From: an uncultured Parvibaculaceae bacterium
GTDB taxonomy: Bacteria > Pseudomonadota > Alphaproteobacteria > CGMCC-115125
Assembly (NCBI GenBank): GCA_964511745.1
Contig: CAZEHX010000002.1
Location: forward strand, 61,846-85,845
Reading direction: 5' to 3'
DNA: 24,000 bases
Shown here: positions 9,758-19,071 of the stretch, one piece after another
How positions within the stretch are numbered: the stretch's first letter is position 1
How the letters are laid out: each line of letters starts with the position of its first letter
The notes under the pieces: generated by a model
The model's input: the letters and a program-made list of their open reading frames with translations, nothing else
Databases searched by the model: none
What the model was told of the DNA's origin: nothing
Program-made: the position numbers and the translations under genes

Positions 9758-10360
9758 ATGACTGCACCTGTTTTAGCAGGCTTGTCGAAAGCCCAAATGC
9801 GGGCCCATGCGGGCGCCGTAAGGCAGCGTGCTGCAATACTTGGCGGCGATGGTGCAGGCATCCGGCTTGCCCGAAAGCTGTTGGACGGTGTGCCGCTGCG
9901 AGACTGCGAGACGGTTGCGGGGTACTGGCCAATTCGTGGGGAAATTGATCCCTTGCCCGCCATGCTGGCGCTTTTGGCGCGCGGGCACCGGCTGGCGCTG
10001 CCTGTGGTGGCCCGGCGTGACCAGCCGCTTGCGTTCAGGCATTGGTGGCCGGGTGATCCGTTGGTGGCGGGGGCTTATGACATTCCTGCACCCGGTATGT
10101 GCGCGCCGCCGGTGACCCCGACTTTGTTGCTGGTGCCGGGCCTGTGGTTTGATCGCGCAGGTGGGCGGCTTGGCTATGGTGGCGGGTTTTATGACCGGAC
10201 GCTTGCGCAACTGAGGCAAGGCTGGCAGGTCGCCGCTGTGGGTATTGCCCATGACGCGCAACTGGGCGGTACCCTTGACCGGGAGGCCCATGACGCGCCA
10301 ATGGACTGGGTTGTAACGGATAGGCGCGTTGTGCGCGTCAATAATGGTGAAGGCAGGTAA
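9758..10360 (+). CDS. ygfA: 5-formyltetrahydrofolate cyclo-ligase
   Basis: 200-aa ORF containing GYWPIRGEIDP, LALPVV, LLLVPGLWFDRAGGRLGYGGGFYDR and MDWVVT, which are MTHFS-family motifs. It is in the conserved position downstream of zapA/6S RNA. Confidence 0.85.
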   Translation: MTAPVLAGLSKAQMRAHAGAVRQRAAILGGDGAGIRLARKLLDGVPLRDCETVAGYWPIRGEIDPLPAMLALLARGHRLALPVVARRDQPLAFRHWWPGDPLVAGAYDIPAPGMCAPPVTPTLLLVPGLWFDRAGGRLGYGGGFYDRTLAQLRQGWQVAAVGIAHDAQLGGTLDREAHDAPMDWVVTDRRVVRVNNGEGR

Positions 10361-10365
10361 GCCCC

Positions 10366-11178
10366 ATGCGGCTTTTGTTTTTGGGCGATGTAGTGGGCCG
10401 GTCGGGCCGTGAGGCTGTGGTGGCGGCGCTACCGGGGCTGCGGCGCGATCTCGATCTCGATTTCGTGGTGGTCAATGGCGAGAACGCTGCGGGTGGCTTC
10501 GGGATTACCGAAAAGATCACCACTGAATTGCTGGATGCGGGCGCAGATGTTGTGTCCGGCGGCAATCACTCATGGGATCAACGCGAGGCGCTGGTATTCA
10601 TTGAGCGCGAGGAGCGGCTGCTGCGGCCTGCGAATTTTCCTGCCGGGACGCCAGGGCGCGGCGCCGGGCTGTTTGAGGCGCGTGGCGGGCGGCGGGTGCT
10701 GCTGGTCAACGTGCTGGGCCGGGTGTTCATGGACGCATTGGATGATCCGTTTGCCGCCGTTGAAAAGGAATTGATGGCCGCACCGCTGGGTGACGTGGCG
10801 GATGCCGTAATGGTGGATATGCACGCAGAAGCCACATCCGAAAAAATGGCGATGGGGCATTTTTGTGATGGTCGCGCATCGCTTGTGGTGGGGACGCACA
10901 GTCATATTCCCACCGCCGACGCGCAGATTTTCCCCGGCGGTACGGCGTATCAGACGGATGCAGGCATGTGCGGCGACTATGACAGCGTCATCGGGATGCA
11001 GAAGGAAGAGCCGCTCAACCGCTTTACCCGCAAGATTTCCAGCGGCCGTTTTCAGCCTGCCGAGGGTGAGGCGACGGTGTGCGGCGTCTTTGTGGAGACG
11101 GATGATGCGACCGGCCTTGCGGCGCGCGTTGAACCGGTCCGGCTTGGCGGGCGGCTGAAACCGATAATGCCGGAATAG
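10366..11178 (+). CDS. YmdB-family (TIGR00282-type) metallophosphoesterase
   Basis: 270-aa ORF containing MRLLFLGDVVGRSGR, VVNGENAAGGFGIT, GNHSWDQ, DMHAEATSEK and GTHSHIPTAD. These are calcineurin-like phosphoesterase motifs in the YmdB arrangement. Confidence 0.85.
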   Translation: MRLLFLGDVVGRSGREAVVAALPGLRRDLDLDFVVVNGENAAGGFGITEKITTELLDAGADVVSGGNHSWDQREALVFIEREERLLRPANFPAGTPGRGAGLFEARGGRRVLLVNVLGRVFMDALDDPFAAVEKELMAAPLGDVADAVMVDMHAEATSEKMAMGHFCDGRASLVVGTHSHIPTADAQIFPGGTAYQTDAGMCGDYDSVIGMQKEEPLNRFTRKISSGRFQPAEGEATVCGVFVETDDATGLAARVEPVRLGGRLKPIMPE

Positions 11179-11263
11179 CCATGGCTAGCCATTTGGGGCC
11201 TCAATTCTCTATAAAGCCCGTCAATCACATATCGCGGACGACAAACCGGAGGGCCTGAAGCTC

Positions 11264-12010
11264 ATGGCTGGCCATTCACAATTCTCGAACATCATGCACC
11301 GCAAGGGTGCGCAGGACGCGAAGCGGTCCAAAATCTTTGCCAAGCTGGCGCGTGAAATCACCGTGGCTGCCAAACTCGGCATGCCGGACCCGGCAATGAA
11401 CCCGCGGCTGCGCGGAGCCATTCAGGCGGCGCGGGCTGAAAACATGCCCAAGGACAATATTGATCGCGCCATCAAGCGGAGCCAGGCTGGCGACAGCGAT
11501 ACCTACGAAAATGTCCGCTATGAGGGTTTTGGGCCCGGCGGCATCGGCATCATCGTTGAAGGGCTGACCGACAACCGCAACCGCACCGCCGGTGAAGTGC
11601 GGTCCGCATTTTCAAAGCATGGCGGCAATTTGGGTGAAACGGGCTCGGTCTCGTTCATGTTCGACCAGGTGGGCCGCATTGAGTACCCCGCTGACGTGGC
11701 CGACGCCGAGGCGATTTTCGAGGCCGCCATTGAGGCCGGCGCGGATGATGTGACCTCCGCGGAGGAGGGACATGAGATCATTTGTGCGGCCGACGCGCTC
11801 AATGAAGTATCGACGGCGCTGGAAGAAAAGCTGGGCGAAGCGCGCAAATCAGCGCTTGTCTGGAAGCCGCAGAACTTGATCGAGGTTGATGGCGATCAGG
11901 CCGGAACCCTGCTTAAGTTGCTGGATGCGCTGGACGACAATGATGACGTTCAGCAAACCTATGCGAACTTCGAGGTATCCGATTCGGTTCTGGAGAGCCT
12001 GACGGCCTGA
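11264..12010 (+). CDS. yebC: YebC/PmpR-family DNA-binding regulator
   Basis: 248-aa ORF containing [37 protein letters not shown] and [27 protein letters not shown]. It lies directly upstream of ruvC, as is usual. Confidence 0.92.
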   Translation: MAGHSQFSNIMHRKGAQDAKRSKIFAKLAREITVAAKLGMPDPAMNPRLRGAIQAARAENMPKDNIDRAIKRSQAGDSDTYENVRYEGFGPGGIGIIVEGLTDNRNRTAGEVRSAFSKHGGNLGETGSVSFMFDQVGRIEYPADVADAEAIFEAAIEAGADDVTSAEEGHEIICAADALNEVSTALEEKLGEARKSALVWKPQNLIEVDGDQAGTLLKLLDALDDNDDVQQTYANFEVSDSVLESLTA

Positions 12011-12045
12011 CGCATCTGTGCGCCGGGACCGATCTGGCAGGGCGC

Positions 12046-12576
12046 ATGACAGTTATACCTACCCATACGCGGCGACTGCTGGGGCTTGATCCGGGGCTTA
12101 CAGCAACCGGCTGGGGCATCGTGGATGTTACTGGCTCGCGGCTGGTGCATGTGGCGAACGGAACCGTGAAATCCAAAGCCTCCGATGCTTTGTCGGACCG
12201 GCTGGCGGCAATCCATGCGGGGTTGGTGGTGATCATTGCGGACCATGCGCCGGACGAAGCAGCCATTGAGAGCGTGTTTGTAAGCCGCGACGGGCAGGCG
12301 ACCTTGAAACTGGGGCAGGCGCGTGGGGTGGCCATATTGGCCGCAGCGCAGGCAGGGCTTACGGTGGCGGAATACGCGCCCAATCACATCAAGAAATCAG
12401 TCGTCGGGGCCGGGCACGCGGACAAGCGGCAGATGCTGGCCATGGTGACGATGTTGCTGCCCACATGTGATCCGCATTCGGAACATTCGGTTGATGCGCT
12501 TGCTGTTGCAATTAACCATGCGCATGGGTCTGCCGGTGCAGCGCGCATCGAAGCTGCGCTGGAGGGTGGACGATGA
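12046..12576 (+). CDS. ruvC: Holliday junction resolvase RuvC
   Basis: 176-aa ORF containing LLGLDPGLTATGWGIVD, AIESVFV, KLGQARGV and SVDALAVAINHA. Its stop overlaps the ruvA start (ATGA). Confidence 0.92.
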   Translation: MTVIPTHTRRLLGLDPGLTATGWGIVDVTGSRLVHVANGTVKSKASDALSDRLAAIHAGLVVIIADHAPDEAAIESVFVSRDGQATLKLGQARGVAILAAAQAGLTVAEYAPNHIKKSVVGAGHADKRQMLAMVTMLLPTCDPHSEHSVDALAVAINHAHGSAGAARIEAALEGGR

Positions 12577-13199
12577 TCGGCAAGCTTAAAGGCATTGTGG
12601 ATGAAACCGGCATCGACTGGGCGCTGATTGATGTGGGTGGGGTCTGTTACCTCACCTCATGCTCGGCCAATACGCTGCGGCAGATCGGTGGGCCGGGCGA
12701 CAGTGCGATCCTGCATATCGAGACTTATGTGCGTGAGGATCAGTTGCGGCTGTTTGGCTTTGCAACGGAAGCGGAGCGTGAATGGTTCCGGTTGTTGCTC
12801 AGTGTCCAGAGGGTTGGTGCCAAGGCGGCATTGGCCATCTTGTCGGTGCTGGATACGGCGGCTTTGGCGCGGGCGATTGCATTCAAGGATGCCAAGGCCA
12901 TTGCGACGGCGCAGGGTGTTGGCCCGAAAGTCGGCGAGCGGATTATCGCTGAGCTGAAAGACAAGGTGCCTGCGTCGCTTGCGGTGGCGGGCAAGGAGAC
13001 GGATGCAGGGGCTGGCACCGGCAAGACCGGGCGGGTGCCTTATAATACCGAGGCTGACGCCATCTCGGCGCTGGTCAATCTGGGCTATGGTCAGGCGCAG
13101 GCGGCGCAAGCGGTGTCGCGGGCGGTGGCCAAATCCGGTGATGAAGCGCCGGGGACCGAGCAGCTTATTCGCGTCGGGCTCAAAGAGCTGGCGTCGTAG
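12573..13199 (+). CDS. ruvA: Holliday junction DNA helicase subunit RuvA
   Basis: 208-aa ORF containing [42 protein letters not shown] (HhH) and [11 protein letters not shown]. It has a C-terminal domain III after a flexible linker. Confidence 0.92.
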   Translation: MIGKLKGIVDETGIDWALIDVGGVCYLTSCSANTLRQIGGPGDSAILHIETYVREDQLRLFGFATEAEREWFRLLLSVQRVGAKAALAILSVLDTAALARAIAFKDAKAIATAQGVGPKVGERIIAELKDKVPASLAVAGKETDAGAGTGKTGRVPYNTEADAISALVNLGYGQAQAAQAVSRAVAKSGDEAPGTEQLIRVGLKELAS

Positions 13200-13207
13200 G
13201 GAAACAG

Positions 13208-14242
13208 ATGTCTGATCGCGTCGTACATGCAGACTTCAGCGCCGAGGATGGGGCCGAGCAGGCTATTCGTCCGGCTGCGCTGGATGCGTTTATCGGTCAG
13301 GCGCGTGCGAAAGAGAATCTCAGCGTCTTTATTCAGGCGGCGAGATCGCGGGGCGAGGCGATGGACCATGTGTTGCTGTCGGGGCCGCCGGGGCTTGGCA
13401 AGACGACCATGGCGCAGATTGTGGCGCGAGAGCTTGGCGTCAATTTCCGGTCCACATCGGGGCCGGTGATCGCCAAAGCCGGCGACCTGGCGGCGCTGCT
13501 AACCAATCTTGAGCCGCGCGATGTGCTGTTCATCGACGAGATACACAGGCTGTCGCCGGCGGTGGAGGAAATTCTCTATCCGGCGATGGAGGATTTCGAG
13601 CTTGATCTCATCATTGGCGAGGGGCCTGCGGCGCGGTCGGTGAAGATTGATCTGTCGCCGTTCACGCTGGTGGGGGCGACGACGCGCTCAGGGCTTTTGA
13701 CGACGCCGCTTCGGGATCGTTTCGGCATTCCGGTGCGGCTTGAATTTTATACGGACAAGGAACTTGAATTGATCGTGCAGCGCGCGGCCGTCATTCTCGG
13801 TGCACCGCTGACGGCGGACGGGGCCGGCGAGATTGCGCGGCGCTCGCGCGGCACGCCCCGGGTTGCCGGGCGGTTGCTGCGGCGGGTGCGGGATTTTGCG
13901 TCTGTCGGTGGCGCGAGTGAGATTGACGCCAAGACGGCAGATCGGGCGCTGGACCGGCTGGAGGTGGATGCGCGCGGGCTGGACAGTCTCGATCACCGGT
14001 ATCTGCGGACGATTGCACTCAAGTTCGGCGGTGGACCCGTCGGCGTTGAGACGATTGCAGCGGCGCTCTCAGAGGCGCGCGATGCAATTGAGGAGATGAT
14101 CGAGCCGTATTTGATCCAGCAGGGCTTCGTGCAGCGCACGCCGCGCGGGCGGCTTTTGACTGGTGCTGCGTTCGAGCATCTGGGAATCACGATCCCAGCC
14201 AGCTTTGAGGGCGTGCAGACGCGATTGTTTGAAGATGAGTGA
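13208..14242 (+). CDS. ruvB: Holliday junction DNA helicase RuvB
   Basis: 344-aa ORF with Walker [10 protein letters not shown], Walker [11 protein letters not shown], sensor [18 protein letters not shown] and [18 protein letters not shown]. Confidence 0.95.
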   Translation: MSDRVVHADFSAEDGAEQAIRPAALDAFIGQARAKENLSVFIQAARSRGEAMDHVLLSGPPGLGKTTMAQIVARELGVNFRSTSGPVIAKAGDLAALLTNLEPRDVLFIDEIHRLSPAVEEILYPAMEDFELDLIIGEGPAARSVKIDLSPFTLVGATTRSGLLTTPLRDRFGIPVRLEFYTDKELELIVQRAAVILGAPLTADGAGEIARRSRGTPRVAGRLLRRVRDFASVGGASEIDAKTADRALDRLEVDARGLDSLDHRYLRTIALKFGGGPVGVETIAAALSEARDAIEEMIEPYLIQQGFVQRTPRGRLLTGAAFEHLGITIPASFEGVQTRLFEDE

Positions 14243-14696
14243 CGCGCCAGTGAGTGACACCATGGGGCCTGCTGGCATTCTCAATGCCGATGGCAGCCAT
14301 GTGATGCCGGTGCGGGTCTATTACGAGGACACCGACGCCAGCGGTATTGTCTATCACGCCAACTATCTGCGCTTTATCGAACGCGGGCGGACGGATGTGC
14401 TGCGCTGTGCGGGGCTCGATCATCGCCGGATGATGGATGCCGAGGACTCAACGGCCTTTGCCGTGCGGCAGATGACCATCCGCTTCATCGCTCCGGCCCG
14501 GCTGGACGATGCGCTGGAAGTCCGCACCCGCTTCACAGAGCTGAAGGGCGCGCGCATACGGGCAACGCAGAGTGTGTGGCGGGGAGAGCAACAGCTGTTT
14601 GAGGCCGAGGTGGAAGTGGCAGTGCTGGACGAAAAAGGCCGGGCGCGGCGGATTCCGACATTTGTACGCGAGGCGCTTGGTGCGTATGTTGGCTGA
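14235..14696 (+). CDS. ybgC: Tol-Pal-associated acyl-CoA thioesterase YbgC (4HBT/hotdog)
   Basis: ORF 14163..14696. The ATG at 14235 overlaps the ruvB stop (ATGAGTGA). The core [28 protein letters not shown] is the YbgC/4HBT catalytic motif. Later in-frame ATGs (MGPAG.., MPVRVYY) are possible alternative starts. Confidence 0.85.
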   Translation: MSDAPVSDTMGPAGILNADGSHVMPVRVYYEDTDASGIVYHANYLRFIERGRTDVLRCAGLDHRRMMDAEDSTAFAVRQMTIRFIAPARLDDALEVRTRFTELKGARIRATQSVWRGEQQLFEAEVEVAVLDEKGRARRIPTFVREALGAYVG

Positions 14697-14910
14697 AACC
14701 CTTGGACCTCAATCATTGATCCGATTCGCTCGCGGTGGCCTCACGCTCATAAATTCGACACAAAATGCGGCTTAACAGGTGCGCGCAGGGGTATCCTGCG
14801 GCTCCCGTGACCGAATCAATTTGTCTGTTTAGGCAGACAACCACCGCCGAAGCGCCACGATAAAGACTCGCTAACCCGAACCGCCACACAAGACGTAGGA
14901 AGTTTCGACG

Positions 14911-15633
14911 ATGGAGCCGGACCTCATCAATACCGCGGCAGCACAAGTCGCGCAGACCGACTTTTCGCTTCTCAGCCTGTTTCTGCGCGCTGACATTGTG
15001 GTCAAGGCCGTGATGGTCGGGCTGTTTGCAGCCTCGATCTGGAGCTGGGCGATCATCTTTGAAAAGTGGGGCCGGTTCCGCACCGTCAACCGCAAGGCTG
15101 AAAAGTTCGAGCAGGTATTCTGGTCGGGCCAGTCGCTGGAAGACATCTATCAGAATATGGGCCACCGGCCGGACCATCCCATGTCGACACTGTTTGTGGC
15201 GGCGATGCGCGAATGGCGGCGGTCGGCTGAGATTGGCACCAAGGCGATCTACGGGTTGCAGGAACGCATCGACCGGGTGATGACGGTGTCGATTGCACGC
15301 GAGAGTGCGCGGCTTGAGCGCGGTCTGCTGTTTCTGGCGACCGTTGGTGCGACGGCGCCGTTTGTCGGCCTGTTCGGCACCGTGTGGGGCATTATGAATT
15401 CATTCCAGGCGATTGCGGCGACCCGCGACACCAACCTGGCCGTTGTGGCGCCGGGCATCGCCGAAGCGCTGTTTGCCACGGGCCTTGGCCTGCTGGCGGC
15501 TATTCCGGCTGTGATTGCCTACAACGCCTTTTCAACATCGCTGAACCGCTATGCGACGCGGCTTGACGGGTTTGCGGACGAGTTCTCCGCCATCCTGTCA
15601 CGGCAGATCGATGAAACCCGCGAGGGGAACTAG
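14911..15633 (+). CDS. tolQ: Tol-Pal system protein TolQ
   Basis: 240-aa ORF. MotA/TolQ/ExbB features are present: ADIVVKAVMVGLFAASIWSWAIIFEK, LATVGATAPFVGLFGTVWGIMNSF and VAPGIAEALFATGLGLLAAIPAVIAYN. Confidence 0.92.
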   Translation: MEPDLINTAAAQVAQTDFSLLSLFLRADIVVKAVMVGLFAASIWSWAIIFEKWGRFRTVNRKAEKFEQVFWSGQSLEDIYQNMGHRPDHPMSTLFVAAMREWRRSAEIGTKAIYGLQERIDRVMTVSIARESARLERGLLFLATVGATAPFVGLFGTVWGIMNSFQAIAATRDTNLAVVAPGIAEALFATGLGLLAAIPAVIAYNAFSTSLNRYATRLDGFADEFSAILSRQIDETREGN

Positions 15634-15635
15634 GC

Positions 15636-16106
15636 ATGGCTGCTGGTTCCATGAAACAGGGGGGAAGCGGGGGTGGTCATCGCCGCCGCGGCCGCCGTAC
15701 GCACGCACCCATGAGCGAAATCAACGTCACGCCGTTTGTGGATGTGATGCTGGTGCTGCTCATCGTGTTCATGGTTGCAGCACCGTTGCTGACCGTCGGC
15801 GTGCCGATTGATTTACCGCAGGCGAGTTCCCAACCATTGCAGGGCGACGACGAGCCGCTGACGATAACGATAAATGCAGCGGGCGAATTATTCTTGCAGG
15901 AAACACCCGTTGAAATCGACGAGCTTGAGGCCCGCCTGCTGGCGATTGCCAAAGGCGGTTATGAAGAGCGCGTCTATCTGCGCGGGGACCGCAAGGTTGA
16001 CTATGGTGCCGTTGCGAATGTCATGGGCACATTGTCGGCGGCTGGGTTCCGGCGGATCGCCATGGTGACCGACCAGGGTGCGGCCGACAAAGCTGACGAA
16101 AGGTAA
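15636..16106 (+). CDS. tolR: Tol-Pal system protein TolR (ExbD family)
   Basis: 156-aa ORF. It has a basic N-terminus, then MSEINVTPFVDVMLVLLIVFMVAAPLL with the conserved TM Asp, and a periplasmic VYLRGDRKVDYGAVANVM region. Confidence 0.9.
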   Translation: MAAGSMKQGGSGGGHRRRGRRTHAPMSEINVTPFVDVMLVLLIVFMVAAPLLTVGVPIDLPQASSQPLQGDDEPLTITINAAGELFLQETPVEIDELEARLLAIAKGGYEERVYLRGDRKVDYGAVANVMGTLSAAGFRRIAMVTDQGAADKADER

Positions 16107-16115
16107 GGGCACCTG

Positions 16116-17015
16116 ATGCGCGGCGGTGTCCCCCTCTCCGTCCTGTTCCACATTGCACTCATTGCGTTTGCGGTGGTGGGATTGCCTGCGCCACATCTGG
16201 AGCCGGTGGAGATAGCGCAGCCGGTACCGATCGAGATTGTCGAGATCGACGAATATACCCGCATCACCCGCACGCCGGAGCCTGAGGCCGAGCCTGAGCC
16301 GCCGGTGGAGGAGCCGGAACCAGAGCCCGAGCCGGAACCTGAACCGCAGGAAGCGCCTGAGCCTGAACCTCAGCCCGTGGCCGAGCCCACACCGCCGACA
16401 CCTCCCGCAGAACCAACGCCGCCGCCACCGGCCGTTGAGCCTGAACCTGCGCCCGAGCCCGAGCCTGTGGCTGAACCGGAACCCGAGCCGGAACCCGAAG
16501 AAGTGGTGAATGTGGCGCCGCCGACACCGCCCGCGCCAAAACTGCGCCCGACACCGCCTGCGCCGGCAAAGCCGGCGGCACCGGCATTTGATCCTGGCCG
16601 GATATCTGCGCTGTTGGACAAGTTGCCTGTGGAGCGCAAGCCCGAGCCGGCGAGACCGGTGGCACCTGCTGTGCCGAATACACCGCAGGCGGCTGCTCAG
16701 ACATCGCTGAGCATCTCGGAAATCGATGCGGTCCGGCAACAAATTCGCACTTGTTGGTCGCCACCTGTCGGTGCTCCAGATGGGGCTGATTTAAGTGTGT
16801 CTTTGAGAATGTGGCTGAACCCGGATGGATCGCTCGCCCGTCCACCGGAAGTGTCCCGTGACGTTTTTGCACTGTCGTCGTTTCAACTTGCTGCTCAAGA
16901 TGCAGCCTTACGGGCAGTGCGCCGTTGTGCACCCTTCCGCTTGCCGGTGGATAAATACCAATCATGGAAAGATATCGAATTTAACTTTGATCCCAGTCAA
17001 ATGTTTGGGCGCTAA
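16116..17015 (+). CDS. tolA: Tol-Pal system protein TolA
   Basis: 299-aa ORF positioned between tolR and tolB. The N-terminal TM LSVLFHIALIAFAVV has Ser-x3-His spacing, like the TolA SHLS motif. A long Glu/Pro linker follows. The C-terminal roughly 100-aa globular domain ends in FDPSQMFGR. Confidence 0.85.
   Translation: MRGGVPLSVLFHIALIAFAVVGLPAPHLEPVEIAQPVPIEIVEIDEYTRITRTPEPEAEPEPPVEEPEPEPEPEPEPQEAPEPEPQPVAEPTPPTPPAEPTPPPPAVEPEPAPEPEPVAEPEPEPEPEEVVNVAPPTPPAPKLRPTPPAPAKPAAPAFDPGRISALLDKLPVERKPEPARPVAPAVPNTPQAAAQTSLSISEIDAVRQQIRTCWSPPVGAPDGADLSVSLRMWLNPDGSLARPPEVSRDVFALSSFQLAAQDAALRAVRRCAPFRLPVDKYQSWKDIEFNFDPSQMFGR
16275..16502 (+). repeat. Low-complexity (Glu-Pro)n-coding tract inside tolA
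   Basis: It translates to PEPEAEPEPPVEEPEPEPEPEPEPQEAPEPEPQPVAEPTPPTPPAEPTPPPPAVEPEPAPEPEPVAEPEPEPEPEE, 76 aa that are almost only P, E, A, V and T. The DNA is degenerate GAGCCN/GAACCN repeats. Confidence 0.9.
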
Positions 17016-17039
17016 GGAATCAGGGGCGGGGAGAGATGC

Positions 17040-17450
17040 ATGGGCGGCGGATATCTGACAAGCCGTGCTGGTGATGCCGTGGTAATTGCCGTATTGGGAA
17101 CGATGTTGCTGTCCAATGTGGCGCTGGCCCAGCAAGCGTCCATGAGCCTCTCGGAGATTGACGCGTTCAGGCAACAGCTTGCGGCATGCTGGTCGCCGCC
17201 TGCAGATGCCACAAATGCGGCTGATTTGCGTGTTTTGCTGAAAATATGGCTGAACCCGGACGGGTCGCTGGCCCGCCCGCCGGAAGTGATCCGCGACGGG
17301 GTGCCGCCGTCTGTGTTTCAGGGTGCTGCAGAGAGTGCAGCGTTGCGGTCGGTGAGCGAATGCGCACCATTCAGCATGCCGGTAGACAAATATGCCTTCT
17401 GGCGGGAGATCGAAATTCGCTTTGATCCCAGCCAAATGTTCGGGCGTTGA
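17040..17450 (+). CDS. Periplasmic stand-alone TolA C-terminal-domain paralog (signal peptide plus TolA domain III-like)
   Basis: 136-aa ORF with GGGGAGAG 5 nt upstream of the ATG. The N-terminus AVVIAVLGTMLLSNVALA-QQ looks like a Sec signal. Residues 34-136 align without gaps to TolA residues 197-299, with about 66% identity by my hand count. Shared blocks are SEIDA.RQQ, CWSPP, WLNPDGSLARPPEV, CAPF, PVDKY and FDPSQMFGR. Confidence 0.8.
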   Translation: MGGGYLTSRAGDAVVIAVLGTMLLSNVALAQQASMSLSEIDAFRQQLAACWSPPADATNAADLRVLLKIWLNPDGSLARPPEVIRDGVPPSVFQGAAESAALRSVSECAPFSMPVDKYAFWREIEIRFDPSQMFGR

Positions 17451-17474
17451 GGGCTTTCGGGCCGGGAGATTAGT

Positions 17475-18809
17475 ATGGGGTACGGATACGTGACACGGCA
17501 GACAGGATGGATTGCGGGTGTGGTGGCATTCGGGTTGATGCTTATACCCGGCCTGGCTCTTGCCCAACTTCGCATCGATATCACTCAAGGCACCATTGAG
17601 CCATTGCCCGTTGCTGTGACGGATTTTGTTGGCAGCGATGAGGCGGCGACGGAGACCGGCGACAAGATGGCCGGCGTCATTCGCGCCAATCTGGAACGCT
17701 CAGGGCTGTTTCGTCCGCTGAGTGAAGCATCGTTCATTGAAAAGATTACCGACCCCAACAATGCACCGCGGTTTGGCGACTGGCGCATTCTCGATGCACA
17801 GGGGCTGTTGACCGGCTCAGTTACGCAGCAGCCGGATGGGCGGCTGAGGGTCGAGTTTCGCTTGTGGGACGTGTTTGCCGAGGAGCAGTTGATCGGGCTT
17901 CAGTATTTCACCAAGCCGGATAACTGGCGGCGGGTATCGCACATTATTTCGGATGCGATCTATGAGCGGATGACCGGTGAGACTGGTTATTTCGATACAC
18001 GCATCGTGTTTGTGTCCGAGACAGGCACAAAGGGGCAGCGGGTGAAGCGGCTGACCTTGATGGATCAGGACGGGCACAATCCGCGCTTTCTGACCGGCGG
18101 CAGCTCGCTGGTGCTGACGCCGCGTTTCTCGCCGACCAATCAGGAAATCACGTATCTCTCATACGCAGGCGGTAGCCCGCGGGTTTATCTGTTCAATATC
18201 GAAACCAAACAGGAAGAAGTTGTCGGGGAATTTCCGGGCATGACCTTTGCGCCGCGCTTTTCGCCGGATGGCGACAAGGTGATCATGAGCCTGCAGCGTG
18301 GTGGCAATGCCAATATCTATGAGCTGGACCTGCGCACACGGGCGACACGGCGGCTGACCAATTCACCGTCCATCGATACCTCGCCGACATATGGGCCGGC
18401 AGGCAGCGAGATCGCGTTTGAAAGTGACCGGGGCGGCACGCAGCAAATTTATGTGATGGCCTCTGATGGCTCAAATGCACGGCGCATCAGCTTCGGCGAA
18501 GGGCGCTATTCGACGCCTGTCTGGTCGCCGCGCGGAGATATGATTGCTTTTACCAAGCAATATAAAGGCCGATTCCTGATCGGGGTGATGCGGCCTGACG
18601 GGACGGGGGAACGAATCCTCACCGAGGGGTTTCATAATGAAGGTCCGACTTGGGCGCCAAATGGCCGCGTGCTGATGTTTTTCCGCGAAACACCGGGGGA
18701 ACGCGGCGGCCCGACGCTCTGGTCGGTGGATTTGACTGGCCGTAACGAACGGCAGGTTCCGACACCGGGTTTCGGGTCGGACCCCGCATGGTCTCCCTTG
18801 ATCCGTTAG
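17475..18809 (+). CDS. tolB: Tol-Pal system beta-propeller protein TolB
   Basis: 444-aa ORF with signal peptide [17 protein letters not shown]. The N-domain has RIDITQG...PLPVAV.DF. Repeated propeller blades are present, with P.FSPDG, P.WSP.G, IAF.SDRGG.QQIYVM and PAWSP motifs. Confidence 0.93.
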   Translation: MGYGYVTRQTGWIAGVVAFGLMLIPGLALAQLRIDITQGTIEPLPVAVTDFVGSDEAATETGDKMAGVIRANLERSGLFRPLSEASFIEKITDPNNAPRFGDWRILDAQGLLTGSVTQQPDGRLRVEFRLWDVFAEEQLIGLQYFTKPDNWRRVSHIISDAIYERMTGETGYFDTRIVFVSETGTKGQRVKRLTLMDQDGHNPRFLTGGSSLVLTPRFSPTNQEITYLSYAGGSPRVYLFNIETKQEEVVGEFPGMTFAPRFSPDGDKVIMSLQRGGNANIYELDLRTRATRRLTNSPSIDTSPTYGPAGSEIAFESDRGGTQQIYVMASDGSNARRISFGEGRYSTPVWSPRGDMIAFTKQYKGRFLIGVMRPDGTGERILTEGFHNEGPTWAPNGRVLMFFRETPGERGGPTLWSVDLTGRNERQVPTPGFGSDPAWSPLIR

Positions 18810-19071
18810 GGGGCTTGCGGATAACGTTCACAGTCAGGGATCCAAGAAAACGCGATGTGTGTGCCAGATTTCGGTTTATCGCGCACGACTGTCGGATTTC
18901 GCCGATAGAGGCTGCCATATAGGTGTGTAGCTGCTGAGGTCGGTGAAATGTGACGAACGGATGAAGAGATTGGACCGCACAACCCATGTTTTCTTGGAAT
19001 TGCGGCTCAGGGGTGCAACTTATTATTTTGGGCCGGATACAGGTCCCATGTTTGGCAGGAGATTTTATATT

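Noticed and set aside
11181-11192. Perfect 12-bp palindrome ATGGCTAGCCAT just after the YmdB-family gene, and a 10-bp palindrome GGTAGCTACC at 6469-6478
   Set aside because: About 6 perfect 12-bp and about 23 perfect 10-bp palindromes are expected by chance in 24 kb. No flanking U-tract or repeated occurrence supports a function.
16275-16502. Periodic short repeats that could superficially suggest a repeat array or CRISPR
   Set aside because: The units are 6-nt Glu-Pro codon pairs inside an intact reading frame. There are no repeats of 25 nt or more separated by unique spacers, and no cas genes are present.
15888-16965. Two long minus-strand ORFs (15888..16742, 284 aa, and 16264..16965, 233 aa) rich in R/C/L or P/A/Q
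   Set aside because: They are antisense to tolR and tolA. Their length comes from the (GAGCCN)n low-complexity tract, which lacks stops in the reverse frames. There are no domains and no RBS context.
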